Assembly: GCA_030704615.1 (NCBI GenBank)
Contig: CM060731.1
Coordinates: 73,036,001 to 73,100,000, forward strand
Length of the DNA: 64,000 nucleotides
Direction of reading: 5' to 3'
DNA from: Takakia lepidozioides
Taxonomy: Eukaryota > Plantae > Bryophyta
Notes under the pieces: generated by a model
Database searches by the model: none
Told to the model about the DNA's origin: nothing
Seen by the model: the letters and a program-made list of their open reading frames with translations, nothing else
Shown here: positions 35,722 to 48,819 of the stretch, in pieces
Position numbering within the stretch: position 1 is the stretch's first letter
Layout: each line of letters starts with the position of its first letter
Translations under genes and position numbers: made by a program

Positions 35722-37453
35722 TTCTCTGTTCCCAATTCCCTCACAAAGCATGTTAGCATAGTACACAAGAAGATACTGCCACACCGTGACAGTGAGAAGT
35801 TCTTTGAGTTTCAAACAGTATGCCATTGCGAACTTTGAGAGGCAATGTTCACCTTAGTAGTCCACCAAACGAGGGGTGGGCGGGGCGCGCAGCTGCATCC
35901 TCATGCATAAAAACGCTTTCCAACACTGAGTATAGAAATGTAACATTCACATTTCTGGTACCCTCTAACTGGACGTTTACAAATCCTTTCTATGAACTCC
36001 TGTTGAATACACCCTAAACCCTCCACCCCCAACGGGATAAATGAAGTCATCTTTGCCAACCAAAGTTTAATCGGTGACGGAAACTTCATGGTGCTATGTT
36101 GTACAGATGACAAAGCGTAAAAAGGTGAAGTAGAAACTATGCAGCTGCAATAAAACCCTTGCAAAGATCCAAGGCTACGCAAGTCGCGACAAGAAACACT
36201 CTCTAACCGCAACAGGGTTTAGTATCTGGCTACTGTTGTCGTTTCCCCGAGCCTATCCGACGATCTGACGAGAGTTAACTATGAGAAATTAGCTGCCGAG
36301 ACACCCGGCTAGTCGTCAAGTGCTGCTCAACGCCCTAGTTTTGAGATTTTCTCCAATATACTGGACACCCAGTAGTTACCATACTTTTCATCAACAAGCA
36401 TAAAGACCCATACTACAAAGAACGACCTCCAGGCAGGAAGATGCTCGGGATTGAAGATTACTAACAATGCAGGTGGTCACGACTGATCGCCGACCGCTTA
36501 TGAACAGCCACTCAATGTCACTGACCAGGATCCTGCTTTACCACGAGCATTTCCACGACCTTCTTCTGGTACTCCATCCAACGCACAAGCCTCTCCAAAA
36601 CCCCAGACCTCTGTTCCAAATAATAATACGAAAACCCGCGAACAAGTCACAGACAATCAACTACAAGAATCTAAGACCTCGCAGACTGCTTCCAACACCG
36701 AAAGTCTCTCCAACAACCTCTGTTTCCAAAAACTACAAAAATCCGCGAAGATTTTGCAAAGTAAATGAGCTCGAAGAATGAAAAAACGTCATAAAGAACT
36801 TTGAAGGAGAGGAGAGAGCGTACAACAGCACAGGGTGTGCAGAGAAAGTCACAAAGAAAATCTTGCCTCGGCAACACCGTTCTCCCAAGTTTTCCTTCTC
36901 TCGGGATCTGCAAGAAGACGAGAGATGGCGCGCGGACGAACGACGATCAACCCACGACGATCAACGACGAGCGACGAAACACCCATGGTTGGGAGACTTG
37001 GGAGGACCTGGGAGGAGTGGGAGTCGGGACGGTAGGAAAGATGAGAGGCAAGAATATGCGGGGTAGCTCCAGATGCGGGTCAGCCTGATGCGTAAATTCT
37101 CAATGTGGCGTGGTGGTCCCCACTGTGTGCATGAAGGAGAGAGGCATAAGCGGATCTTCTCATTGAACGCTGCCTTCCCCAGGTCGCTGCTATTTAGATT
37201 TTCCTCGTCTCTGTGTCCCATGTGCTCGATAGAAGCGGGATACTTCTATCATATTGATGTGGAACTCTCTCGCTCTCGCTGTTGGAAAACTAAATTCTTT
37301 ACCTTCTTCCTCTCTCTCGCTGCACATAAACAGAACACTGAATAACGGTGCATCTCTATCTCACTGACAGTATACCAGTCTCAGGGCGAATTTGGGGTGT
37401 TACTTGGATGCACTTCAAACTAACATATGGAGTGGAATTGGGGGTGATTCATT

Positions 37454-37456
<3 letters not shown>

Positions 37457-37500
<44 letters not shown>
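37457..37500. repeat. (GA)n microsatellite upstream of the phosphatase start
   Basis: Perfect GA run. Confidence 0.9.
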
Positions 37501-37504
<4 letters not shown>

Positions 37505-37572
37505 GACTTCATCTCGAAGGGCTACTGCCTTCAGTGATTCATTGTACACTCCTATCCTTCTCAGGCTCGCCT

Positions 37573-40500
37573 ATGGCGGCAGTGAATGCCTCGATCCCAA
37601 ATTGCAGGAAAGATGGGTGTGAAACCGTTGATCATGAATTGCATATGACAGTGAGGCTGTCTTTTTTATTGCTGTTAAAGCTTATGCTTGTTTCGCTGAC
37701 GTTAGTTCTATGGGCTGGAACGACCCATGCCGGGAAAGTCCTCCCTCCACGCCTACGATTCAGCGAAAAGGGTAAATTCAAAATAGTTCAGGTATATTAC
37801 CCACGCAATCCTCGTTTTAGAATCTATTCAGGAGTTTTCATCTCCAGGGGACTGGTTCGACAAATGCCGTTATCTTTCTTAACAAGAACAGAAAGGACGA
37901 TGACGGCACATTGCTTTCATGAGTAGAGGGTCGTTCGCGCTAGGAAGCATGCTGAAGATTTCTGGACCTTTTATAAGTGAGCTTACCAGTATTTTCCTGA
38001 CTGTGAAGATTGCAGATATGCATTATGCAAATGGGGCCTCCACAAAGTGCTCGGATGTGCTGCCATCCCAGTACTCTACTTGTTCCGATCTCAACACTAC
38101 AACTTTTCTCAACCGGGTGATCGCTGAAGAGAAACCTGACTTACTCGTGTTCACAGGTTAGCAATGTATACTGTGAATAGTGTGGAATCGTTAGAGAATC
38201 TACTAATGAGACGTTGTGTGCCGCAACCTTGTGGCCATAGACTTGGAATTGTAAGAGTCAAGGGAGCGACATGTTTTCCCGCGGATCCCTGTTTTTCCTC
38301 TCCGCATCTGGGATCTTGAGTGGGAATAACGCGCCTGTTGCACAAGCTTTTCTGTGATAATTGAGTGTCACAGTTCACTGGTGCCAGACACAAAGATGAT
38401 ATAAGTCCCTTCCACACGACCATTGCATCTGTGTGGACTGTGAATTGATTGTTGTTCATGCCGAAGAAAGAGAGAGAAAGAAAGGATCTTCATAACATCC
38501 CCAAAAAGCCCCAAGAGCTTATGGCACAGTAAGAGAGAGAATGTACTCATAAGACTTTGTTTGGCTGAGCCTTGTGGCCATGGACCCGTGCCCAGGTTGG
38601 ATGGAAACATAGGGAATAGGCACTACCTTTGTTAGGGGCTCCAGTAGTGTGACTTGCCTCAATTTAAACAATTAGTTCAGGCTTTCCAGATATTATCGAG
38701 AAAGCCCTTCACACAAGCATCAATCTGCTGTGTGTGAAAGCCCAAAAGTTGGACCCCAACAGGGCAGGGCTTTAGGGTCAGAGATTTTGAAAGTTGGTGA
38801 AAAGAGGTGCAGGATTCATGTTCTTGATGTTCCTGAAGAGGGTCACTCTCTGGTGAGAATACCCAGGAAATGTATCAGAAAATGGATATTGTCTTCAGGT
38901 TGCCCGCAATCAGGCAATTAAAATCTCCTTTTCCTCTCTGCATCTGTTTATTGTTCAAAGATAGTCTAGACACAGAGAGAGAGAGAGAGGTTGCTGAGTC
39001 ACGACAAAGTTTAACTGACTGGTGTACAACTCGTTGTATGTGACAGGGGATAATATTGTTGGAGGTGATTGCACTGATCCTGCTGCATCCCTTGATGCAG
39101 CCTTTGCTCCAGCAATTGCTGCCAAGATACCCTGGGTAGCTGTGCTTGGCAACCATGACCAAGAGGGCACTCTAGATCGTGCTGGTGTCATGGGCCACAT
39201 TGTGGGAATGGATTACACGCTTTCTCATGTCAATCCAATTACTGGCAGTCAACATATTGATGGTTTTGGGAATTACAACCTTGAAATAATGGGAGCAGAA
39301 GGATCCCTCTATGAAAACAAGAGTGTCCTTAATTTGTATATGCTAGATAGTGGGGATTACTCCAAGCTGTCCCAGGTATCAGGCTATGGATGGATTCATC
39401 AAACGCAGTCAACTTGGGTGAAGGAGCTCTCCAAGGAGTTGCAGGTGGGTTATTGTTGCTGTTGTTCCTTAACCATACAGTTTTCTCTCAATCATAGCAT
39501 ATAGATTTTCTATTTGAAAGGTGAGCACTAAAAGTTTTTTGTTGTTTTCAACAAATGTAGGTCCAATGTTGATGGATAACCTCCAAGTTTTCAGCTTTTT
39601 CACGAACAAGATTGTTTTCTGGTTTTGTGAGGCAATGCTGGGTCATCGGACCCTTCTACCAGCTGTCTATTTGTGTCCAAGCACGTCTGCTACCAGGGAT
39701 ATGTTGAACAAACTGACATGAGAAGCTCAGAGATTTGTATAAAATGTCCATAATTAAGGTCTGTGGTGGTGGTCTTTCTGCCCTTGAAACTTGACGCCCA
39801 GAGGCCGCAACAATTCAATGCAGGCTGTAAAACTCTGGATGTCTTTGAAAACCAGTCACTTCGATGTAAGCTCAATAAAGGATCTATGATGTACCCTTAA
39901 CGTATAAGGAAATGTCATATCTCATCTTGACTGGCTTGAAGTATTTGTTTACTTTGTAATTATTAATGACAGGAGGCCTACACAACGACACCACCAGCAC
40001 AAGCAAACCCAGCCCCAGCGCTTGCTTATTTCCATATTCCAGTACCAGAATACAGCCTCCTGGACACCTTCAATTTCACAGGCATAAAGCAAGAGAGCAT
40101 CTCATCTGCAAGTGTGAACTCAGGCTTCTTGACCACCCTTGCGGAGGCTAATGATGTCAAGGCAGCATTTGTTGGTCATGATCATGTCAACGATTTCTGT
40201 GGTGATGTGCTTGGTGAGGACCTACCTCACATCAGATTCGCTCTGCGCTTGCAAGATGCGTTTTGCGTAGTTTGCAGTTGCATTACATCAGGGGTAAACT
40301 TGTGAGTAGCGCGCCAAATCTGATCAGAACCTGGCACTAAAGCACAACAAAGCAAGAAGGAGGTATATGCTATGTATACAGGCATGGCCTTAACATGCAA
40401 TGACATAGAGAGCTCCCTTCTGCTTTTCCACAAAATAGCCCTTGGTTGCTACATGTGCCATGCAATCAATTTGGGTGATGTCCTCTTCTTGTACGATTGA

Positions 40501-40873
40501 GCTGAAGTCAAGATTGTTGGTCCTATGACTGTTGGGTGGGTTATCAGAAGCTTGTTGACCTTGAATCATGTATGAACACAAGTCTTGCAATTTTTCAGAG
40601 TCAATTTGACTGATGAGGTTGATATCCTTGCCGGTTTCAGGGATAAGGCTGTGCTATGCTGGCGGTTTTGGGTACCATGCGTACGGGCTTGCTGGGTGGT
40701 CCAGAAGAACCAGAGTAGTGGTGGCTGCTCTGCAGAAAGATGCGAGAGGGAGCTGGCAAGATGTGAGCTCGATTGTGACTTGGAAACGCCTGGATGATGG
40801 CGATTTCACTGTCATCGATCCGGAACCCATTTGGACTAAACCAGGTCCCAGGTTGACAAAAGATCACTTTTAG
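37573..40873 (+). CDS. Purple acid phosphatase-like metallophosphoesterase (PAP14/28/29, DCR2-like group), 5 exons
   Basis: Signal-like hydrophobic N-terminus, then LRF..GKFKIVQIADMHY, EKPDLLVFTGDN, VLGNHD, LDSGDYS, YFHIP, GHDHVNDFCG and GGFGYHAYG. The start may be 37573 or 37645. Confidence 0.92.
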
Positions 40874-42066
40874 TGTGCAATATGCAGACAAGATTGTACT
40901 ATTCACCATTGTTAAAGCCATAAATAGCCACCGGCATGGCCTGTCTGTGATGATTGATACAGCAGCATGTTTGATCACAATCCACGGTACACATTAGCTT
41001 AGCTAGCAAAGGACTTGGATCTGAAATTGTTGCAATAGATGAGATAGGCAAGGAGGCCCCGAAGCTCCATCTCCTACAGAGCCTTGAAGGAGCACTATGC
41101 CGCTACCCATTCTCTGGTCTGTAGCAGTGTGCAGACAGATAGCTGTAAAAGTAATCAGGCCATTTCTGAATTGGAGTCATACCGGCTTTTGTACACTGAC
41201 TTGCACACGTGCACAATTGGAAATCAGTGTTTGCAGTGGTTCCTGGTCGGAGACCGTGCTGCAAGAGAGTACCTGGTCCTTCAAATGCAGGTGCAAGTAA
41301 AGCTGGACATCAGTTCAGGAACCTGGTGTCTCTCAGACTAATACTCTTTGAAGTTCCATTGTTGATATGTACATTTCTCCATCTTATCTATTCATTTGGA
41401 TATTACCAAGCTGATTCAAATGCTTACAGTCTGTTTTGTAAAACCGATACCACAATGTTAGGCATCACTTCTCACAAGTTAAGATGGCTGGGTTACGGTG
41501 GTGGGTAAGAGATTGCAAGCATTCTCGTCGGACTTCGTTCGTCCATAGTCGAACGTTTCGTGCGTTACGGAGACGCGCTGCCACGTGACCCTAGGAACCA
41601 CGATCACCGACGAGCTGCCAAGTGTCGGCTCTGTAAAGCGTAGACCAGGTCCCGGTGGACCGTGGTCGGCGACTGGCTACAGGCGGTTTCCTTCCGCGGG
41701 CGCCGCTGCATGGTGTGGGAACCTGTAACAGCCGGTGAGACCCGCGCCAATAGGCGGGTGCAGGGTGGGCACTTACTGGCCAGGTGTCGCCTTCAGATCC
41801 CCGTTGATTAGGTCGCAGTTTATTCCTGCATTTATGGCTAAACCTGGCGAAACATTGCCGTACAACGCTGGCCATTCGTACGTACTTTTCCCGTACGGAC
41901 GTTACGCTGTGATTTCTCGATAAGAGTTGACAGATATATTTCATTTAAGAAATAAAATTATGTTCACTCGCCAATTTGGCGAAACTTATATCTGTTATTT
42001 AATTAATCAATTAAAAGATAAGAACGAACGCCGACGCGTCGGCTTTTCCTTGTCTCTCTCTTGTCG

Positions 42067-42116
42067 CTTCTTCTTCGTCTTCGTCGTCTTCTTCTTCTTC
42101 TTCTTCTTCTTCTTCT
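42067..42116. repeat. (CTT/CGT)n microsatellite in the CCX 5' leader region
   Basis: Visible trinucleotide run. Confidence 0.85.
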
Positions 42117-43138
42117 CGCATTTTGCTTCTGAGAGTGCGCCTCGTTCGTTCTATACAGTATGGGTTTTGATTATCGGTTTGGATTACAAAGATTTGTACA
42201 ACTTCTTGAGCTGTCATTAACGTGGGTTGTTCTGTGAGCGAGGAAAGGTGGTGGGACTGAGCAAGGGAAGATGATGGTGGTGTCATCAGCTCCTCTCTTG
42301 CCGGGTCTGGTAGATGCTGGAAGGTATGGTTTCAAGTTCTTGTTTCTCCATACAATGGTGTCAGTATGAAGACTGACTGTAATCCCTCGGTCTCTCTCGA
42401 TTAGTCTAGCTTAGTGTGGTGAAATGTGATCATGCACAAGCGTCACCTTCTCACGAGCCCACCAGTTATATCGGAATTGAAAGCACCAAATGCATATTTT
42501 TCTGCATTTCTTGTAGTGTTAATTGATTCTTCGCATTTGAACGTGTAGAAGAGTGTTGCGAATTTGTGATAGCCACGAAAGCTAAAGCATTCATAATATT
42601 AGCAATTACCAGCAGCTTACGGGGCTGACTGGCCAAACATACTCCTAGCCCCCGCTTGCATCCATCCTCGTTGGTTCTATGTACGTTGCTGTCCGTCGAT
42701 TCAGGTTGCTATGTCAAAATGGCTTAATTCTCCCGACCAGAAAGTTGTGGGATTTTCACGTTCCCTACATTCAAGTGTTCATACTATGTGGTTGCAGGAG
42801 AGCAATCAATGGCTTTACCAGAGGCGATAGTGAGTGGGCAGGTTTTGGTGACCAGATTGTGGGTGAGAGGAGAAGGGATATGGGGAAGCAGTTGGAGAGA
42901 ATTATATGAGGCCTGCTACCAGTTGATCAAGCAAACAGGCGAGCATTCAGTCCACTCAATTTTGGAAGCTTCCAAAAGCTCTGCGAAGGGCTAGAACCCA
43001 GTTGCTGGAGAAGAATTCCTGTGAGATAGTAGGCATACTTGGGAAGACTTGCAGTTCTTTGGGTTGTCATTGCTCAACTCGAACAGGGATAAAATGCCAT
43101 GTTGAAAGCCATCCATCCATTTTCAAAAGCAGGGGGAG

Positions 43139-46100
43139 ATGACTACGACGTGGGGCCACAGAGTTCGTCCTTTTCTCCGACTTGTTTCTGTAGTTCTTTT
43201 TCTCGTTCTTGTGCGCACGCAGTTACCTGGCTGGGATTCTGCATCTGGTTCTTCATTTGGTATCCGCAACAAATTACAGCGCAGGTCTCCCCAAAATTGG
43301 CAGTCGCAGACCTCTTACTTGGATGCATTAGAGAACAGAAGACTAGAGTTGGATGGCGGCGCAGGGAGGCATCTCCTAGGTGTAGAGCGAGGATCTCATC
43401 CTGACAAATTTGTAACAGATGTTGGGGAGAGTACTGTGATGTCAGTTCAGACAGGGGGGAAAAGAAGGATTTGGGATAAACAAAAGGATCCAAAAAACAC
43501 GACAAACTTTCCTACAAAAATCAACGAAATTTCTGTTGCATGTGAAAATGTCAGAGCACATTTGGGCTTTCCAGATTCGTGCTCGTATGTGCGAGCAAAT
43601 AAACAGTGCCAATCGACTGCATTCGTCAAGTACACAGAATTCTTCTATTGTACGTGTGCATCATCACCAGGTTTCGCCTATGTGGCGCTCAGTCTATGGC
43701 TTGTTGCCCTTTTTTATATGCTGGGAAACACAGCAGCAGATTACTTTTGTTGCTCTTTGGAGAAGCTCTCAAATCTGATGCATCTGTCACCCACAGTTGC
43801 TGGGGTGTCGCTCCTTCCCTTTGGAAATGGGGCTCCTGATGTGTTTGCAAGTATTGTGGCATTCATGGGAAGTGGGCATAGCCAGGTAAAACGTCAGATT
43901 GATGCGTGTGTGATTTTCTTAGAAGTCTTTAAATAGTTCCAGGATCGTATGTGCATGCTTCTTGTGCAAGTTGGTCACTTGTTGCACTCATCTTCATGGC
44001 TGTAATCAGGCAGTAGTGTGTGAGTGTGACACAGGAAGCTAAAATACAATTCTGATATGTACAGGAAGGCTCATGGGTCCTAAAATTGAGATTTTGGTAT
44101 TTTATAGATGTGACACTCAGAAAACAAATCCTAAAGAGAAAGTTGGATGGGTGTCAAAATATGCAGGCATTACTGGGCACAGAGTTGGGAAATTGATTTG
44201 ATCTAACATTTGCTATATAACGCATCATGGAATTGGAGTCTGCAGGTAGGGCTGAATAGTGTGCTGGGGGGTGCATTCTTCGTCACATCAGTTGTGGCAG
44301 GGTCAGTAAGTCTGGCAGTGTCAAGCTCCCAGGCAGAGGGCCGAATACGGCTGGATTGCTGCTGCTTTTTGAGAGATGTTGGTTTTTTCTTGGTCTCTTT
44401 AGTGGCTCTCTGCTGCATTCTTGTTGCTGGAAAAATATATTTCTGGGGAGCTGTTGCTTACCTTGCAATATACGTCACATACACAATTGCGGTGGTGGTC
44501 ATCGAGTGTGCAAAGACGTATACCTACAAAAGCTGCCAAGGGCAGGCTTTAGAGCCGTTCCTTGCAAGTATGATAATTTCATCTCTCTTTCTCTCTCTCT
44601 CTTCCACACTGAGGATCAGAAATGCTTGGCAGCTTATCTGCATGAGGCCTTCACCCTTAGACAATCACTCGAGCAATAGTTCTTATTCTTGGCTCTGGTT
44701 TTGTTTCCTCTCTCATGTTTTCTTTAATTTTCTCCCATAAGCTCTATGAGCTTTCTGCGGACTTTATAAAGCACCATTTCATTTCATTTCATTTCATTTC
44801 TCTCTCTCTCTCTCTCTCTCAACGGCCACAAGGCTACGGCAAACAACGTCTTATGAGTACAATCTCTCTCTCTCTATATGTCTCTCATGACGTCTTATGA
44901 GTACATTCTCTCTCTCTATATATATATATGTCTCTCACGACATCTTATGATTACATTCTCTCTCTCTCTCTCTCTCTCTCTAGTCTTATGAATACATTCT
45001 TTTGGCTACTGAGCCCCTCAAAAAGGTAGTATATGTCCCCTTTTGTTCTGCCCAAACTGGGCGCGGGGTCTATGGCACAAGGCTACAGCAAACAACGTCT
45101 TATGAGTACATTCTCTCTTTTTTGGCTTTCTGTGGCCGTTTCCTGTCGGGGCGAAAGGACTGATAATCACTAGGAAACTTAGCTCTTCTATACTGCTGTG
45201 AGGTTAATGTAGATCCATGTGTCAGTTTCTACTTGTCTCTCGTCTCCCAAACTACAATTTAGCATGTTAACGTCAGTTCAATTGACCATCAACATAGGAG
45301 TGAAAGCATATATCCTAGCATCGCAAATAACAAATGTTTGCATCTGGCTGGCAGGTTCTCCATCCTCTCTCCCTTCTTATTCTGAAAGGGATGAAGAGGC
45401 GTTGGTCGTGCCATCCACTGCTGCAGCCATCCATCCAAGCCAGGCCCCAGTTGAGACGCAGTGGAAGTGGGCACCACATGTTGCCATTTATTCTCACACA
45501 AGCATGGCTGTCACATTGGAGAAATCGGTGAACATTTTTGAGACAGCCCCCCGTGCTCTGTGGGGTTGGCGTGAGCAGGATGAAGCTGAATTGCGGGTGA
45601 GATTACTTGCCGTATGGTAGTAGACATTTCCTTGCGTAACTTTGGTGGGTTCTCATCCCCATTAGAGGGATTCTTGTTATTTGACAAATCTGTCACTAGT
45701 TACTGATCAACACAAATTTCAGCAGAATGAGGTTGCCAGACCTCCAGGGGCAGGATAAAAAAAGAGGCATATGGAGCCTGTAAGTTGAAACAATGGACTA
45801 AAGCACATACCCAATGTGTAGTGGCTGGAACTGTCTGACAGACCTGGTGGAGTATATGTCCCACCCCTGAGCTTAGTAGTTCGGTGTTGATGACTAAAGT
45901 CGTATTGCTTCTTTGAAATAGAAGAATTATTGAGCAAGTTAGGAAGTTAGGGTATTGATTCTGATAGAGATGACAGACAAAAATGTATAATTGGGAAACC
46001 AGATCTTTGAGTCTTGGGCTAGTCAAAGAATCTGTCTTTGCATATGGACAATGATCTCATTTATCCATTGACTTGCAGGTAGGAAAATGGCTTCAGCGGT

Positions 46101-46876
46101 TTTGCTTTCAGATTGTAGATCTGCCCCTTACCCTCCCCCGCCGCCTCACAATACCCATTATCAAAGAGTCCCCACAATGGTCTCGCCCTTTTGCAATTGC
46201 CAGTGCAACATTGTCCCCAACTCTTTTGGCTGCAGTGTGGGATAGCAAGGATGGATATCCTGTTGGCAGCAGTGTGAACGTATACGTATTCGGCATAGTT
46301 GTGGGAGTCACCCTGGGCATTCTTGCATTCTCTTCAACAGTAGCTGAGCACCCGCCCCGTCGATTCTCCTTGCCGTGGGTGGCCGGGGGATTCATCATGA
46401 GCATTGTGTGGTTTTATCTCATTGCAAATGAGCTCGTAGCAGCATTAGTTGCCGTGGGCGTTATTCTGGAAGTTGATGCTGCAATCTTGGGGCTTACTGT
46501 TCTTGCATGGGGAAATTCTATTGGGGATTTAATGTCGAATCACGCCCTTGCTGCTAATGGGGCTGATGGCATACAGATTGCAATGTCTGGATGCTATGCG
46601 GGTCCGATGTTCAATGCACTGGTTGGTTTGGGTCTCTCTTTCCTGTTTGCTAGCTGGAGGACCTTCCCTCATGCCCTTGTTCTGCCAACCGACAATTCTT
46701 TGTTCTATACCCTTGGATTTCTCATTCTTGGGCTACTTTGGGCCTTGGTTGCTCTCCCCGCCAACAGGATGACTCCAAGCAAGGGCCTGGGTATTGGGTT
46801 ACTCCTTTTGTATGCATCATTTCTTTCGCTCCGATTGGTAAGCAGTCTTGGGCTTGTCTACTTGGCAGGTCTTTGA
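43139..46876 (+). CDS. CCX: Cation/calcium exchanger (CCX family), 4 exons
   Basis: Alpha-1 repeat LGNTAADYFC..AGVSLLPFGNGAPDVFASI and alpha-2 repeat LGLTVLAWGNSIGDLMSN..CYAGPMFN. The exons join in frame. Confidence 0.93.
44775..45120. repeat. Intronic compound repeat: (ATTTC)n, (CT)n and about 5 copies of CGTCTTATGAGTACATTCTCTC
   Basis: Repeat units visible in CCX intron 2. Confidence 0.8.
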
Positions 46877-48255
46877 AAGAATTATGGTTCTGGCCTTGGT
46901 GTAGGTTGACAGTGTATAGAAAAGGAGAGATAGAGGATGGAATTGTTTAATACTGCCCCTTCTGAGGGTGGAGGCTGTGCGCATTGGTACGATATATTCA
47001 TAAATCTGTTAGAACCCATGTACAGATACAGAGATGGACAGGTGTTTGTAGTAGATCCTCATGTAAAAGATTTCATTTCAGTTTTTGGTCAGGTTGTAAC
47101 ATAGCTGTTCTTGATCCATTCTAGAAGAAAATTTTTGAGGTCAGTTGATCTGACAGGAAATAAGGACATATTAGGGGGTTTTTCCACAGCAGAGAAGCTA
47201 AGCACTCACTCAGAAGCCATCATGTTGTGCATTGTGTGAGTGTGATTATGTAATTGACCGGATTTCACGAGGAGCAGCAACTTTTCACCATCAAGGATAG
47301 GATCCCCAAGCATTTGAGGATCTTGTTGTCTCCTATTTATGTTTCTGTGGCATTGGGATTGTGTCTCCTTATTATGATAGTGCTTTAGTCTCTCATCTTC
47401 TCTTCCCTCAGTTAGAATCACATGAGTTTCCTGTTGGAGTCACTGGTGTCTTCTCACTCGCAGCACACGAATTGTAGATCATTTTGTGATCGCCCTGTGA
47501 ACTTGCTCAGGCTCACACTCAATCGACTGTTGGGTTGCGCCTCAGTGAATTCCTTGGCCATGCACCTCCCAATCTATGATGTGCAAAGCCATTCTTGAAC
47601 TGGTGTTCAATATAGACCCCTACCGAACAGCTTCTGGCTTTGTCGACCTGGATGTGGTTGTCGTGCTTCGCCATATGTGAAAGGAATGGTGCAGCCATTC
47701 AAACTCTGACGGCTTATTACCCAAGGAATGTGATGGACGACGGCTGAAGCTCATGCGCGTTAGGCCAGTCACTGTAGGCCGAAAGGTTTGGGGTGATGGC
47801 GTGACTGTCCCACCAAGAGCCTAAGGGCGGGGCCACATGTGTGGCACGCAATGACAATCGTTTCGTCACCCTACACCCAACCCTGAGACTCTAAAGTTGG
47901 AGCTTGAATCAGGCAGGCTCAGTTCATCAGCTCATCATTCCGTTGTGATCTATTCAATCGCTCTTCAAATTCAACTATACACATAGATTCTTTTTCAAAA
48001 GCTGAGACTAGCATTATCTGATCACACCCTTTGAATGCCAAGCAACCAAAAGCACACTGAAGAGAGTCTGTATGGAAGTCGAAAGAGCAGTGGATTCTTG
48101 GGAGAGTTTCGTCTCCTCTGTGGCTGACAAGATCATTGGGAGGAAACTGCCAATTGTCAATTGTCAATTGTCTGCGGTAGAGCTGTTAATTGGTGGACCA
48201 ATGAGATTAAACTCAAGATAGCTAAGAGACGAGTCCTCTACAAGAGTGCTGCAAT

Positions 48256-48700
48256 TTGAAAAGCAACAAAGGATTGTGGGCTAAGTACTACCAGATCCGC
48301 AAAGATATCAATCAGCTTGTAATAAGGTCTCAGAAGAAATTATACTGGGACAAGCTATACAGTGAAATAAACTCAAACCACCATGGTGGTAATGACAAGA
48401 GATTCTGGTTGGCCCTTCAACGTTTGTGCAAGCCGAAAAACTGTCAGCAAGTACAAGCGCTGAGGACTTCTAAGGGTGCAGTGGTGATTTCAACGGTTGA
48501 CATTGTCAAAACCTTTGAGACCCACTCCAGTACGCTAGGCAGAATTTCTAGGTCTAACAGTGAGGGGTCCTCTGAAGAATGGAAGGACACAGTTGGAAAA
48601 ACTGTTCCTATGATTCAAGACAGCCCTGATGAACTGGAGTATATTTCAAAGGGTTACAACGCTCCCATTAGTTCTTTTGAAGCAATTGAGCATTCACGTT
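48256..48700 (+). mobile_element. LINE ORF2 fragment (linker between endonuclease and RT)
   Basis: WAKYYQIRKDINQLVIRSQKKLYWDKLYSEIN..DKRFWLALQRL..ALRTSKGAVV..DIVKTFETH follows the typical LINE linker pattern. Confidence 0.6.
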
Positions 48701-48819
48701 TACGTGAAAACTTTTCAACTCAGATTCACTTTTTGGCCAATAAGCGATTTGAGCTGACAGGGAGGAGATAAGCAGGGGCAAGCAGAAGCTGGGTGAGATC
48801 GTGAACCGGGTAGGCAGCT

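Noticed and set aside
37348-37572. N-terminal extension with poly-(RE)
   Set aside because: It is a translation of a GA microsatellite from a non-ATG start.
44820-45120. CRISPR-like repeat-spacer array
   Set aside because: The spacers are CT/TA microsatellites in a eukaryotic intron and there are no cas genes.
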